A DNA stretch of 32,000 bases, taken from NCBI GenBank assembly GCA_963677105.1, contig OY781871.1, positions 660,001 through 692,000 on the forward strand. The letters are read 5' to 3'. Both the position numbers and the translations under genes were made by a program. Numbering within the stretch: the stretch's first letter is position 1; the number at the start of each line of letters is the position of its first letter. Of the stretch, positions 7,600 to 17,022 are shown in pieces. Below the pieces are notes generated by a model. That model was not told the DNA's origin. It saw only the letters and a list, made by a program, of their open reading frames with translations, and did no database searches. This DNA comes from Candidatus Saccharimonadota bacterium. GTDB lineage: Bacteria; Patescibacteriota; Gracilibacteria; UBA4473.

Positions 7600-8619
7600 T
7601 TAGTTTCGAATTTTATTGGCAGAACCGAGTACATCGATCTTGTGTTCTACCATTTTTTGGATTTCATCACGTGCTGGTCCAAGATATTTTCGTGGATCAA
7701 ATACTTTTGGCTCCTCAATAAATACTTTTCTGATCATTGCTGTCATAACCAATCGAAGATCAGTATCAATATTTACCTTTGCTACGCCAAATTTAACAGC
7801 GGCCGTAATGGTTGCTTCATCAACTCCTTTTGCGCCAGCTAAATCTCCTCCAAATTTATTTACAATTTCTACGTATTGCTGAGGAACAGAACTTGATCCG
7901 TGCATTACGAGTGGAGTATTTGGAATTACCTTTGTTAGTTTTTCAACACGCGGAACATCTACATTACATCCTCCAGCAAATTTATACGCTCCATGACTTG
8001 TTCCAATTGCACAGGCAAGAGTGTCGATTCCAGTTTTTTCTACAAATTCAATTGCTTCTTCTGGATCAGTAAGTCGCGCATCTTTTTCGTCTACAACAAC
8101 ATGTTCCTCGATTCCTCCGAGTGTTCCGAGTTCACCTTCTACGATAACGCCTTTTGCGTGAGCGTAATCAACAACTTCTTTTGTTTTATCAATATTTTCT
8201 TGAAATGGTAGTGCAGAAGCATCAATCATCACAGAATTAAATCCAGCTTCAATTGCGCTTGCACATGTTTCGAGAGAATCACCGTGATCTTGGTGAATGA
8301 TAATTGGTAAATCAGGATATTGTCGTTCCATAGAACGGATAATGTCGACAAGCATTGCTGTGTTTGCATATTTTCGTGCTCCGTTTGAAAGTTGAAGAAT
8401 CAGAGGAGCGTTCTTTGCCGCGTGTGCCGCAACAATTGCTTGTGTGATTTCCATGTTGTTCACGTTAAACGCACCAATAGCATAATCACTGCGCATTGCA
8501 TCCAACATGAGTTCGAGGGGATTTTTTACAATCATGATGTAGGGGGAATTAAAAATTTCATTCAAATTGTACGGATGGATTTTTCCTGCGTCAAAAGTTA
8601 AAATTTGTGTGCGATGCAA
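7600..8619 (-). CDS. fba: Fructose-1,6-bisphosphate aldolase, class II
   Basis: Class II aldolase signatures: YAIGAFNVNNME, PLILQLS, IHQDHGDS, GELGTLGG, HGSSSVPQ. The true start is probably the ATG at 8535 (MIVKNPLELML...). Confidence 0.9.
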   Translation of the reverse strand: MHRTQILTFDAGKIHPYNLNEIFNSPYIMIVKNPLELMLDAMRSDYAIGAFNVNNMEITQAIVAAHAAKNAPLILQLSNGARKYANTAMLVDIIRSMERQYPDLPIIIHQDHGDSLETCASAIEAGFNSVMIDASALPFQENIDKTKEVVDYAHAKGVIVEGELGTLGGIEEHVVVDEKDARLTDPEEAIEFVEKTGIDTLACAIGTSHGAYKFAGGCNVDVPRVEKLTKVIPNTPLVMHGSSSVPQQYVEIVNKFGGDLAGAKGVDEATITAAVKFGVAKVNIDTDLRLVMTAMIRKVFIEEPKVFDPRKYLGPARDEIQKMVEHKIDVLGSANKIRN

Positions 8620-8695
8620 AAAATAGACTCAAAATTGCGTCGTTTTTTATAAATATTTGAAGCTAAAAATTTTGTCTATAAAACAGGGAAAATAT

Positions 8696-10486
8696 TTATC
8701 GTTCCATCAATTTCTCTATCTCTGTTTGTGAGACACGACGTGGCATAGATGTTCGCCATGCCTTGATTCGTTTTCTCATTCGGAACACTTTCCACCAAGC
8801 CCCCAAGAGTTCTGTTTCAAAAATTAAAACATACAAAAAAACTTTCAAATTATACCATTTCGTTGCGCTTTGCGTCTCCATAGAAAATCCAGGAGAGAAA
8901 TTTTTTCGTAATAAAATTCGGTGATTCAATAACGATTGCTGGTTTACCGCACGAGATTTCTTGAGTCGATTTTTGATAATCATCATTGCGCTTGTTCCAC
9001 GAATCGAAATAGTTCGATCATGATATGCGACAGCTGATGAAGAAAGAGCCGCTTTCCACCCAGCCCACTGAAGTCGATACGCCAAATCAACATCTTCCTT
9101 GTACATAAACATTGATTCATCAAAATATTCTAATTCGCCGCGATCATTTTCGAAAGCAACATCATTCAATGCTTCTTTTCGATATAACGCCGCAGCACCA
9201 GATATTCCAAAGACCTTTTGCTCGTTATCAAATTGACCACAATCGATTTCCCCTTGTCCAATATCTTCAAAACGATGTGATCGCAAAATTCGTATTCCAA
9301 CGGTATCAATAAAGTTTGTTTTTCCTTCAGAAGTAGAACCTTCGCTAAATGCATTAAAGTCCCAAAATTTAAGTTTTCCTCCCGCAGAACCAACATTTGG
9401 TTTCTCTTGAATTGATCGAGCAAGCTCAGATAAAAAGTTTACTTCAAACAACATATCCACATTCAAACACGCGTAAAATTCGCTTTCTGTTTGGCGTAAA
9501 ATTTCATTATGTCCACGAGCAAATCCGATATTTTTATCCGATTCGATGACCCGAACTTCAGGAAAATGTTTTGCCAACAGAGGAATAGTTTCATCTGTTG
9601 AGTCATTATCAAAGATTACCACTTCCAGGTTTTCATATGATTGAGCCAATAATGACTGAATACAAGGAATAATGTATTTTTCAGAATTATGTGTAACTAT
9701 TCCAGCAACAATTGTTGTAACAGGGCTTACTGCTGTAGACATAGCTCGTTCAGCTTTTCGTAACTGGACCCGTTCAGGATCAAAGGCTTCTTGGGCTAAA
9801 ATAGCAGCTTCGAGAAGACTATCATGTGTTCCTGCGTCACACCACATTCCGTGAACTTCTGTGGCAGTGAGTTCTCCTCGTTCAAGATATAATTTATTTA
9901 CATCTGTAATTTCTAATTCTCCACGATCAGAAGGACGAATTTCTCGAATCATATCAAAAACTTTTGAATCATAGAGAAAAAATCCAGTTTGTACGGTGTC
10001 AGATTTTGGTAGAGTAGGTTTTTCTTCAACTGATCGAACAATTCCAACTTCATCTACTTCTACAACACCAAATCGTTCTGGATCCTCAACTTTTTTAATA
10101 AAAATACGTGCACCTGATCGAAAATTTATAACGTCTGCTGCAAAATCGGATTCAAAAATATTATCCGCCAAAACCATGGCAATAGAATCATTTCCAGCAA
10201 AACTCTCCGCTAATCCAAGTGCTTGAGCGATTCCACCAGATCCGTCTTGTACTTTGAACGTCAGATTTACTCCCAAATCTTTTCCAGATCCCATTAATCG
10301 CAAAAAATCACCAGCATTTGTGGCGCTTGTAATAATAAGTATATCACGCACTCCAGAATTCTTGAGTGTTTGAATTGGGTAATAAATCATTGGTCGGTCA
10401 AAAACCGGCAATAGATGCTTATTTGTAACCTTGGTGCTAGGAAAGAGTCGAGACCCTGTTCCACCAGCGAGGATAACTCCTTTCAT
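8696..10486 (-). CDS. Fusion protein: RmlA-like sugar-1-phosphate nucleotidyl(thymidylyl)transferase N-domain plus family-2 glycosyltransferase C-domain
   Basis: N-terminus (MKGVILAGGTGSRLFPSTKVTNKHLLPVFDRPMIYYPIQTL...GGIAQAL...EEKP) matches the RmlA/NTP-transferase fold. From about aa 255 (IVTHNSEKYIIPCIQSLLAQSYENLEVVIFDNDSTDET...) it reads as a GT2 domain, with an amphipathic or TM helix near the C-terminus. Confidence 0.85.
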   Translation of the reverse strand: MKGVILAGGTGSRLFPSTKVTNKHLLPVFDRPMIYYPIQTLKNSGVRDILIITSATNAGDFLRLMGSGKDLGVNLTFKVQDGSGGIAQALGLAESFAGNDSIAMVLADNIFESDFAADVINFRSGARIFIKKVEDPERFGVVEVDEVGIVRSVEEKPTLPKSDTVQTGFFLYDSKVFDMIREIRPSDRGELEITDVNKLYLERGELTATEVHGMWCDAGTHDSLLEAAILAQEAFDPERVQLRKAERAMSTAVSPVTTIVAGIVTHNSEKYIIPCIQSLLAQSYENLEVVIFDNDSTDETIPLLAKHFPEVRVIESDKNIGFARGHNEILRQTESEFYACLNVDMLFEVNFLSELARSIQEKPNVGSAGGKLKFWDFNAFSEGSTSEGKTNFIDTVGIRILRSHRFEDIGQGEIDCGQFDNEQKVFGISGAAALYRKEALNDVAFENDRGELEYFDESMFMYKEDVDLAYRLQWAGWKAALSSSAVAYHDRTISIRGTSAMMIIKNRLKKSRAVNQQSLLNHRILLRKNFSPGFSMETQSATKWYNLKVFLYVLIFETELLGAWWKVFRMRKRIKAWRTSMPRRVSQTEIEKLMER

Positions 10487-10587
10487 CTTGCTTATTTTTC
10501 AAGAAAATAGATTAAAGTCAACTTTTCATAGAGAAATTTTCTTTTTGTCGCAAGGATGGTACAATTTTCTCAAGATTAAGCAAAAAA

Positions 10588-12753
10588 ATGAAATTTTGGC
10601 AATATTTGATGGGAGGACTAGTCGCATTATTTATATTTGCGGCTGCATTGATTGCAGATAATATGCAATTTATAGAGAGAAGTACTTTTGTGAATAACCC
10701 ATTTTCATTGATGGGACCAGCACGTACTTCATTTGGAGGAGAAATACAGTTTTTGTCTTCAGGAGAATTAATTTGGATAGATGAAGACGCAGAATTAGTA
10801 TTGATAGAAAATGAGCGACGTTTAACTCAAGGAACTGTTGCAATTGGAGGAACATTTTTTTCAACATCGGAAGATACAGATGTAACAAATAAATTATGGG
10901 TTGGTAACGCAGAATTACGTATAGAAAGCACAAGTGCTTTGGTAGATTTCGATGCTGCAGCTGAGTTAGTAACAATATTAACAAGTGGTGGATCAATAGA
11001 GCTTTGGTTTCAAGGAAAAGAGGTGCCATTTATAATTCCAGCACATTCGCAAATAACATTTAATCCAACTCAAGCAATAGAATTAGACTCATATTTAGAG
11101 TATCCAGAGCTCGCAAAAAAGTTTGACTTACAACCGATATTTACAGGAGATTTTATTACGCAATTAGATCAAATAGAAGTTGCATTTACAGATATTCGTT
11201 CTCAGTTTGGATATTTTGCATGGAATTTACCAATATTGTGGGCAGCACAAAATGGAGGATTTTTACGATTTTTAGAAAAAAGCGCATTACGATTGCCAGC
11301 AGGGAAAGTAGCAAGCAATGAATTCCGAGATTTAACAGAACCAATACGAATAGCACGAAAGGTAATTGATGAACCAACTGCTACAAAAAAATTACAAGAA
11401 TTTAAAAATACAGTTTTAACAAAACCTCTTTGGCAAACAGTTTTAGAAAAAAACAAACAAACTCAAAAAGAATGGCGATGGTTTGAGTTTGCTCAAAAGA
11501 TTTGGTTACCCGTGGTTTCTCCAGATTCTGTGAAACAAAAATTCGCAGTATTATGGAGTGATGATACAGATTCTCTACGAGCGAAAATGAGAGCAATAAT
11601 GTTGCTTTCTTATAATGAACGATGGTTGCGAGCAGACGCGGTTTTAAATCAGTTTTCAAAACAATTTTCTACAACAGAATTTACAGCAGAAGATGTAGTT
11701 GAAATTGCTCGATTTCGTCGTGAAGTTTCAAGTCTCATTAATACATATCCTCTTTATAAAAACATTTCATTTTTCACAATGTGGACAAATATAGTGAGAG
11801 AGGAACAGAAGCATTTATCACTAGAACAGAAAGAAAAAATATCACTTGAAATTGCTCATGAAATTTTAAAATTCGTTTCAGAATTTTTACAAAAAGAGGA
11901 TCAAGTATCTCTTTCAAAAGTGCTTAATAAATTATGGTTTGAATTAGAAATATCTCCAGAATATGTATCATTTTCTCCCGAGGAACAAACGACAATAGAT
12001 CTTATCAATTTAGTTGGAACAACAGGAATGACGCCTGAGCAAGCACTAAGGGCCCAAGAACAACAGGAAAAACAAACGATGATAGAGGAACAATTGAAAG
12101 AAATCGAAAAGGCGACAGAAGAAGTGACGAAAAACTTAGGGATTTCAAATGCAAAAAAATTGTGGGAATTCTTGGCACAAGAAAATATCGAGCTTGATAT
12201 TACTAGTTTTCGTACAACTCGAACGGAGACAGAATTGACAACCCGATTTGCAAATACGGAAACAGGGAAACGGAAAATAGAAGGAGTTTTCGATTACAAT
12301 ACACAGGAATTTATAACGTTAACGTTGGGAGAAGTTTCAGAAGTAGATTTACCCGCACATCAGTTACAACACTGGATAAAGAAAATTGGCGGGAAATTTG
12401 AATCTAAAAAAGGTGCGACAGAAGAAATAGCAGAAGGAAATGGAGTTATTCAAACGACACCACAAGCAATTCTTGGAAAAAAATTTGTCCAAAAAAAACT
12501 ACGTTCAGTTGGAATGGACGTCAATATAAGTCAATTAGAAATGATGGATGAAGAATATCAGCGGTGTGCAATTTCAGAAGCAAGTTACCAGGGAGCAAAA
12601 ATAAATGCGGAATATAATTTCATAACACAAGAATTTTCACGTATTTCTATTCAAAAATCAGGTCAATTTATTTCCAAAATAGGTTTTTTTAGTGCAGATG
12701 AACTTATTCAAACAATAGGAAAAGCGGTTTCAGCAATTCCTAGTAAGAATTGA
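10588..12753 (+). CDS. Large hypothetical N-terminally anchored protein (beta-rich N-domain, long helical or coiled middle, mixed C-domain)
   Basis: 721-aa uninterrupted ORF. N-terminal TM segment (LMGGLVALFIFAAALIA). The following beta-rich segment vaguely resembles FecR-type domains. There is a long K/E/Q-rich helical region. No family recognised with certainty. Confidence 0.7.
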   Translation: MKFWQYLMGGLVALFIFAAALIADNMQFIERSTFVNNPFSLMGPARTSFGGEIQFLSSGELIWIDEDAELVLIENERRLTQGTVAIGGTFFSTSEDTDVTNKLWVGNAELRIESTSALVDFDAAAELVTILTSGGSIELWFQGKEVPFIIPAHSQITFNPTQAIELDSYLEYPELAKKFDLQPIFTGDFITQLDQIEVAFTDIRSQFGYFAWNLPILWAAQNGGFLRFLEKSALRLPAGKVASNEFRDLTEPIRIARKVIDEPTATKKLQEFKNTVLTKPLWQTVLEKNKQTQKEWRWFEFAQKIWLPVVSPDSVKQKFAVLWSDDTDSLRAKMRAIMLLSYNERWLRADAVLNQFSKQFSTTEFTAEDVVEIARFRREVSSLINTYPLYKNISFFTMWTNIVREEQKHLSLEQKEKISLEIAHEILKFVSEFLQKEDQVSLSKVLNKLWFELEISPEYVSFSPEEQTTIDLINLVGTTGMTPEQALRAQEQQEKQTMIEEQLKEIEKATEEVTKNLGISNAKKLWEFLAQENIELDITSFRTTRTETELTTRFANTETGKRKIEGVFDYNTQEFITLTLGEVSEVDLPAHQLQHWIKKIGGKFESKKGATEEIAEGNGVIQTTPQAILGKKFVQKKLRSVGMDVNISQLEMMDEEYQRCAISEASYQGAKINAEYNFITQEFSRISIQKSGQFISKIGFFSADELIQTIGKAVSAIPSKN

Positions 12754-12756
12754 CGA

Positions 12757-13824
12757 ATGAGGGGAAAATCTTACACTGCGCGTCGAATGATTGATTCAGG
12801 TTCGAATTCAGTTGTACGAATGTGTCATCGTTTATTAAACGCACCATTTACGTTTCAATTATTTAGTCTTGCTCTGTTAATAGCATTAGTTTTGGGGTTT
12901 CGTCCAAATTACTTTATTTCTATTTATCAGTCATTTGGGGAAGACCGTTGGGAAGTATCATTTACTGGATATCCCATTACAGAAACAGGATTTATAGATA
13001 ATTTTGCAGGAGTTTCCACTGCGGGATTACGAGAGATTTTAATTGAAGATGAAAACGGGAACGTTGTTGTACGACTTGAACCAAAGAAGCGTTCCAAAAC
13101 AGTACAATATACAGTGAAATCAGGAGAAAGTATTTTTGATATTGCACATAAGTTTGGATTAAATGTTGCGACCTTGAATTGGGCAAATAAATTAACATCA
13201 CGTCAAAATCCACGAGTAGGACAATTATTACGGATTCCTCCTACAGATGGAGTATTTTATACAGTACAGAATGGGGATGTTCTTTCTGATATTGCGAAAA
13301 ACCACAATATTGATGTTGAAAAAATTCAGGCATATAATTCGGTGGAAAAGGAAGGAGTATTAACGGTAGGACAAGAATTATTTATTCCTGGAGCACAAAA
13401 AGTATGGGTTCAACATCCTGCCACAACAACAAGTAATTCAGGAATTGGTTCTATTGGATTTAAGCTTCGTCGTCCTACTCAAGGAGTGTTGACACAAGGA
13501 TATCATAAACAACATTTTGCAATTGATATTGCCAATCGAATGAACACCCCGATTTATGCTTCTGCAAACGGAGTTGTAATAAAATCTTCAGATGGATGGA
13601 ATTACGGATATGGAAAATATATCGTTATCGATCACGGGAATGATATTCAGACATTATATGCACATAATAATGTGAGAAAAGTTGAGGTTGGAGATGAAGT
13701 AAAAACAGGACAATTGATCTCTCTCATGGGAAATACAGGAAATGTGTGGGGACCGACTGGAATCCATTTACACTATGAGGTGCGTATTCGTGGAAGGAAA
13801 GTAAATCCGTTTAATTACTTTTAA
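12757..13824 (+). CDS. LysM-domain M23 family peptidoglycan metalloendopeptidase
   Basis: Two LysM repeats (YTVKSGESIFDIAHKFGLNVATLNWAN, YTVQNGDVLSDIAKNHNIDVEKIQAYN). M23 catalytic motifs HFAIDIA (HxxxD) and GIHLHYEV (HxH). N-terminal TM anchor. Starts 3 nt after the previous stop. Confidence 0.85.
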   Translation: MRGKSYTARRMIDSGSNSVVRMCHRLLNAPFTFQLFSLALLIALVLGFRPNYFISIYQSFGEDRWEVSFTGYPITETGFIDNFAGVSTAGLREILIEDENGNVVVRLEPKKRSKTVQYTVKSGESIFDIAHKFGLNVATLNWANKLTSRQNPRVGQLLRIPPTDGVFYTVQNGDVLSDIAKNHNIDVEKIQAYNSVEKEGVLTVGQELFIPGAQKVWVQHPATTTSNSGIGSIGFKLRRPTQGVLTQGYHKQHFAIDIANRMNTPIYASANGVVIKSSDGWNYGYGKYIVIDHGNDIQTLYAHNNVRKVEVGDEVKTGQLISLMGNTGNVWGPTGIHLHYEVRIRGRKVNPFNYF

Positions 13825-13846
13825 ACAACAGAGTTGAAGGAGAGAA

Positions 13847-15418
13847 GTGATAGATGATAAAAATATGAAGTCAGAAATTCATTCTTATTCATCATATTTT
13901 AATATTCGAGGAGTACAGTTTTACTGTATGAAATATTTTACACAATTGCGACCATCAGAACAACTCCGTTGGTGTTTACTTTGTTTTATAATCGGAATAT
14001 TTCTTCCAGTAGGAACATTTTTTTACGAAATACTATTACTGAGTGGACTGTTATTTGTTGCCTCATTTTTCTTCAAAAAGTTCTGGATTATTCTTCCCGC
14101 TGTATTTATTTTTTCTGCTGGATTTACCGGATGGAGAGGAGAATTTGATTTCCGAAATGATGTTTTATTTTCTCAAAAAGGACAGATGATCCAATTGCGT
14201 GGGACTGTTCGTACTCCACCAGATGTACGAGAAAATTCAGTGCGAGCATTTGTTACAAGTGAAAAGGGGGATTTTCTCCTCATTTTACCCTCTACAGAAT
14301 CATTGAACTATGGAGATGAGATTTCTCTTTATGGAAAAATTACCCTTCCGCGTGATTTTGGAGACTTTAATTATCGTCGTTATTTACGCAGATGGGGAGC
14401 ACAAATAATTATTAAAAACCCGAAAACATTTGAAATATATGCTTCTGGAGGAGGAAATTTATTTGTTCGTATGGCACAAGAATTTCGTACTTTTCTTGAA
14501 AAAAATGTTCGAAGATCATTACCAGAACCACATGCAACAATTGCAGTTGGAGTTATTTTGGGAGTAAAATCTTCGTTGCCAGAATGGACACAAAATGATT
14601 TTAAAAATTCAGGATTGCAACATTTGTTAGTTGTTTCTGGTTCAAATGTGGCTATAGTTTTGGCACTTGTTGCAATGTTACTTGCTCGATGTGGACGTCG
14701 AGTAGTTTTTTGGGGATCAATAATGGCATTAGGATTTTTTGTTCTTCTCGTTGGTCCAGATGCACCAGTAATTCGTGCAGCAGTTATGGGAGGAGTTGTT
14801 GGCGTTGCGGCGGCATTGGGAAGATTCTCGGATGCAAGAACATTGGTGCTTTTATCCGCCTGTATAATCGGAATTTTTCAGCCATCAATAGTGCGTGATG
14901 ATGTAGGATTTCATCTAAGTTTTGCAGCCACAATCGGTATTATTTTAGGAACACCAATGTTATTACAAATTTGTTCAAAAATTTCCTCCAACAAATATTG
15001 GAAGGTTCTCTCTATTATTTTATCTGTTTCTTTGGCGGCACAAATTGCAGTTCTACCGATTCTTGGATATTCTTTTGGTACATTTCCTGTAGCAGGAGTT
15101 TTCGCTAATATATTTGCAGAGCCAATAGTTCCAATCGCAATGGGGGCTGGAACAGTTTCAGCAATAATTGGATGGGCACCATTATTTATTATTCGATTAT
15201 GTGCGATTCCAGCATTTATTGCTATTGAAGTTTTGCTTTTTGTTGCACACTTTTTTGGTCAAATTCCACAAATTCAAATCGCTTCTTGGGTTACATTTAG
15301 TGTGAGCATTGTTATTGGAAGTTTTTTTGTATGGGGACTTTTATCGCGATCTTTTGCAGGAAAATGGCTTATTTTGTCAGATGAGAAAATTTGTAATGTT
15401 TCAAATAATAAAGATTGA
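13847..15418 (+). CDS. comEC: ComEC/Rec2-family DNA internalisation channel protein, short form (no metallo-beta-lactamase domain)
   Basis: N-terminal TM helices plus an OB-like soluble insert (IQLRGTVRTPPDVRENSVRAFV...ISLYGKITLP). This is followed by a competence-domain-like polytopic region (GLQHLLVVSGSNVAIVLAL...). GTG start at 13847, with ATG alternatives at 13865 and 13928. Confidence 0.8.
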   Translation: MIDDKNMKSEIHSYSSYFNIRGVQFYCMKYFTQLRPSEQLRWCLLCFIIGIFLPVGTFFYEILLLSGLLFVASFFFKKFWIILPAVFIFSAGFTGWRGEFDFRNDVLFSQKGQMIQLRGTVRTPPDVRENSVRAFVTSEKGDFLLILPSTESLNYGDEISLYGKITLPRDFGDFNYRRYLRRWGAQIIIKNPKTFEIYASGGGNLFVRMAQEFRTFLEKNVRRSLPEPHATIAVGVILGVKSSLPEWTQNDFKNSGLQHLLVVSGSNVAIVLALVAMLLARCGRRVVFWGSIMALGFFVLLVGPDAPVIRAAVMGGVVGVAAALGRFSDARTLVLLSACIIGIFQPSIVRDDVGFHLSFAATIGIILGTPMLLQICSKISSNKYWKVLSIILSVSLAAQIAVLPILGYSFGTFPVAGVFANIFAEPIVPIAMGAGTVSAIIGWAPLFIIRLCAIPAFIAIEVLLFVAHFFGQIPQIQIASWVTFSVSIVIGSFFVWGLLSRSFAGKWLILSDEKICNVSNNKD

Positions 15419-15421
15419 AAA

Positions 15422-16579
15422 TTGAAGTTTCGAGCATTAAAAACTTCTGTTACACTAATGCTGATGAAACGATGTACATTATTTCTTGATCAAGGAGAAA
15501 TGCTTGGAGGAGCAGAAAGATTTTTGCTCGATTTTTTCCCAAAAATTTCATCAGCAGAAATAAATAGATTACGTCCGATTGTTGTAGGAGCAAAGTCCGA
15601 AGAATATCGTGCCGTTTTGCCTGAAAACATTGAAACGAGATCGTTTTATTGGCCGAGCGTGAGAGGGAATAAAATAACCGCAATAGTAAAACTTTTTCTA
15701 GCAGCGAAGAAATTAAAGCAACTTGCACGAACAGAAAATGCGACACAAATTTTCTCGAATACACCACGCACAATGTTTGTTGCATATTTAGCAAAGAAAT
15801 TTTTTCGGATGCCGGCGAAAATGATTATCATGATTCATGATTTTACTATTCCAGAATCATTATTGCGTCGTATTTTATACAATGCAGATACTATTGTTGT
15901 AAATTCAATTCCAACCCGAAAGTATGTGTTACAGCAACTTTCAAAAAATCATTATAAAAAATTACGTATCGTGGAGAATGGCGTTGATTTTTCTCGTGTA
16001 CCAGAAACAGAGGCGGTAACAGAAATTAAAAATGTATTGATGATTGGTCGTATTGATCCAAGAAAGGGTCAAAAATTTGCGGTTGAAGCAGCGATTCAGT
16101 TACCAGAATTAAACTTTCGGATTGTTGGATCTCCGTTTCCAGGAGATCAGAGAACAATGGATTATGATTGTGAAATTCGAGAGATTGTTCATGTAAACAA
16201 TTTAAAAAATGTTTCGTTTATTTCTGAAGTTTCAGATCCATTTACAGAAATGGCGCGTGCAGATGTAGTTCTTGCTTTGCCGACAGAGCCAGAAACATTT
16301 GGTCGTATTGTTACGGAAGCATTAGCGTGCGGAAGAGTAGTGATTTCATTTGATAGAACCGGTCCAAGAGACATTTTGCGTCAATTTGAAGGAGGTGAAA
16401 AACTTTCTCCATTACGAGTAGATTCCGATAGTGCAGAAGCGTTAGTTGAAAAACTACAATATTTGAAATCTCACCCAGGAGAAGTAAAAAAGATCGCTAG
16501 TGTTGCACGACGATTTGTTGAAAAAAATTATCCGTTGTCTGAAACAGCGAAACGACTCATTTACGTCTTATCGGAGTAA
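15422..16579 (+). CDS. Glycosyltransferase, GT4/GT1 (GT-B fold) family
   Basis: GGAERF near the N-terminus. GRIDPRKG and the E-x7-E-like region (PTEPETFGRIVTEALACG) are typical of GT4 enzymes. The ORF starts with TTG at 15422. The ATG at 15458 or 15464 (MKRCTLFLDQGEMLGGAERF) is a more likely start. Confidence 0.8.
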   Translation: MKFRALKTSVTLMLMKRCTLFLDQGEMLGGAERFLLDFFPKISSAEINRLRPIVVGAKSEEYRAVLPENIETRSFYWPSVRGNKITAIVKLFLAAKKLKQLARTENATQIFSNTPRTMFVAYLAKKFFRMPAKMIIMIHDFTIPESLLRRILYNADTIVVNSIPTRKYVLQQLSKNHYKKLRIVENGVDFSRVPETEAVTEIKNVLMIGRIDPRKGQKFAVEAAIQLPELNFRIVGSPFPGDQRTMDYDCEIREIVHVNNLKNVSFISEVSDPFTEMARADVVLALPTEPETFGRIVTEALACGRVVISFDRTGPRDILRQFEGGEKLSPLRVDSDSAEALVEKLQYLKSHPGEVKKIASVARRFVEKNYPLSETAKRLIYVLSE

Positions 16580-16580
16580 A

Positions 16581-16889
16581 TTAAGAATATTGTTCTGCAG
16601 CAAACAGTTTTAATTCTGGGAATTTTTTTTCAATTTCTGCAATAAGCGTTTCGGTATGTTTTATGTCAGTATTTGTAATAGTTTCAGCATTTTCATCTAA
16701 AGATTTCCATTCTCGCGCTAAGAATTTATCAGCTTTTTTCTGTTCAGTTTTTTCGGTTTCTCCAATAACATCTTTTGTTTTTAGGAGAATTTCACGAGAG
16801 AGTTTCCATTTTTCAACAGAAAATCGTTCTTTATTTTCAAAAGATCTCGTTTCTTCATTATTCTTGGGACTTGATTCAAGATGAGTCAT
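16581..16889 (-). CDS. Hypothetical charged, probably helical protein
   Basis: 102-aa K/E-rich ORF. It occupies an otherwise empty 460-bp gap between the GT4 gene and uvrA. No RBS or family recognised. Confidence 0.4.
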   Translation of the reverse strand: MTHLESSPKNNEETRSFENKERFSVEKWKLSREILLKTKDVIGETEKTEQKKADKFLAREWKSLDENAETITNTDIKHTETLIAEIEKKFPELKLFAAEQYS

Positions 16890-16948
16890 CCAGTGATTTT
16901 ACCAGAAAATTGAGAAAAAATCAATGATTTTCTTTTATTATTTCTTTT

Positions 16949-16990
16949 ATGACCAGAAATCTTGACAAATGGTCATTTAATCTCTAAACT
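16949..16990 (+). promoter_or_regulatory. Putative sigma70-type promoter upstream of uvrA, with an overlapping inverted-repeat operator
   Basis: TTGACA at 16962-16967, a 17-nt spacer, then TAAACT at 16985-16990. A perfect inverted repeat, ATGACCA (16949-16955) and TGGTCAT (16970-16976), brackets the -35 box. Confidence 0.45.
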
Positions 16991-16998
16991 CCGCGCGT

Positions 16999-17022
16999 CG
17001 CGAGGGGTTCTCGCGTTTTTTT
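16999..17022 (+). terminator. GC-rich hairpin plus T7 tract in the uvrA leader (terminator/attenuator-like)
   Basis: cgcgag-gggtt-ctcgcg at 16999-17015, followed by ttttttt at 17016-17022. This is about 20 nt before the uvrA ATG and directly after the putative -10. Confidence 0.45.
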
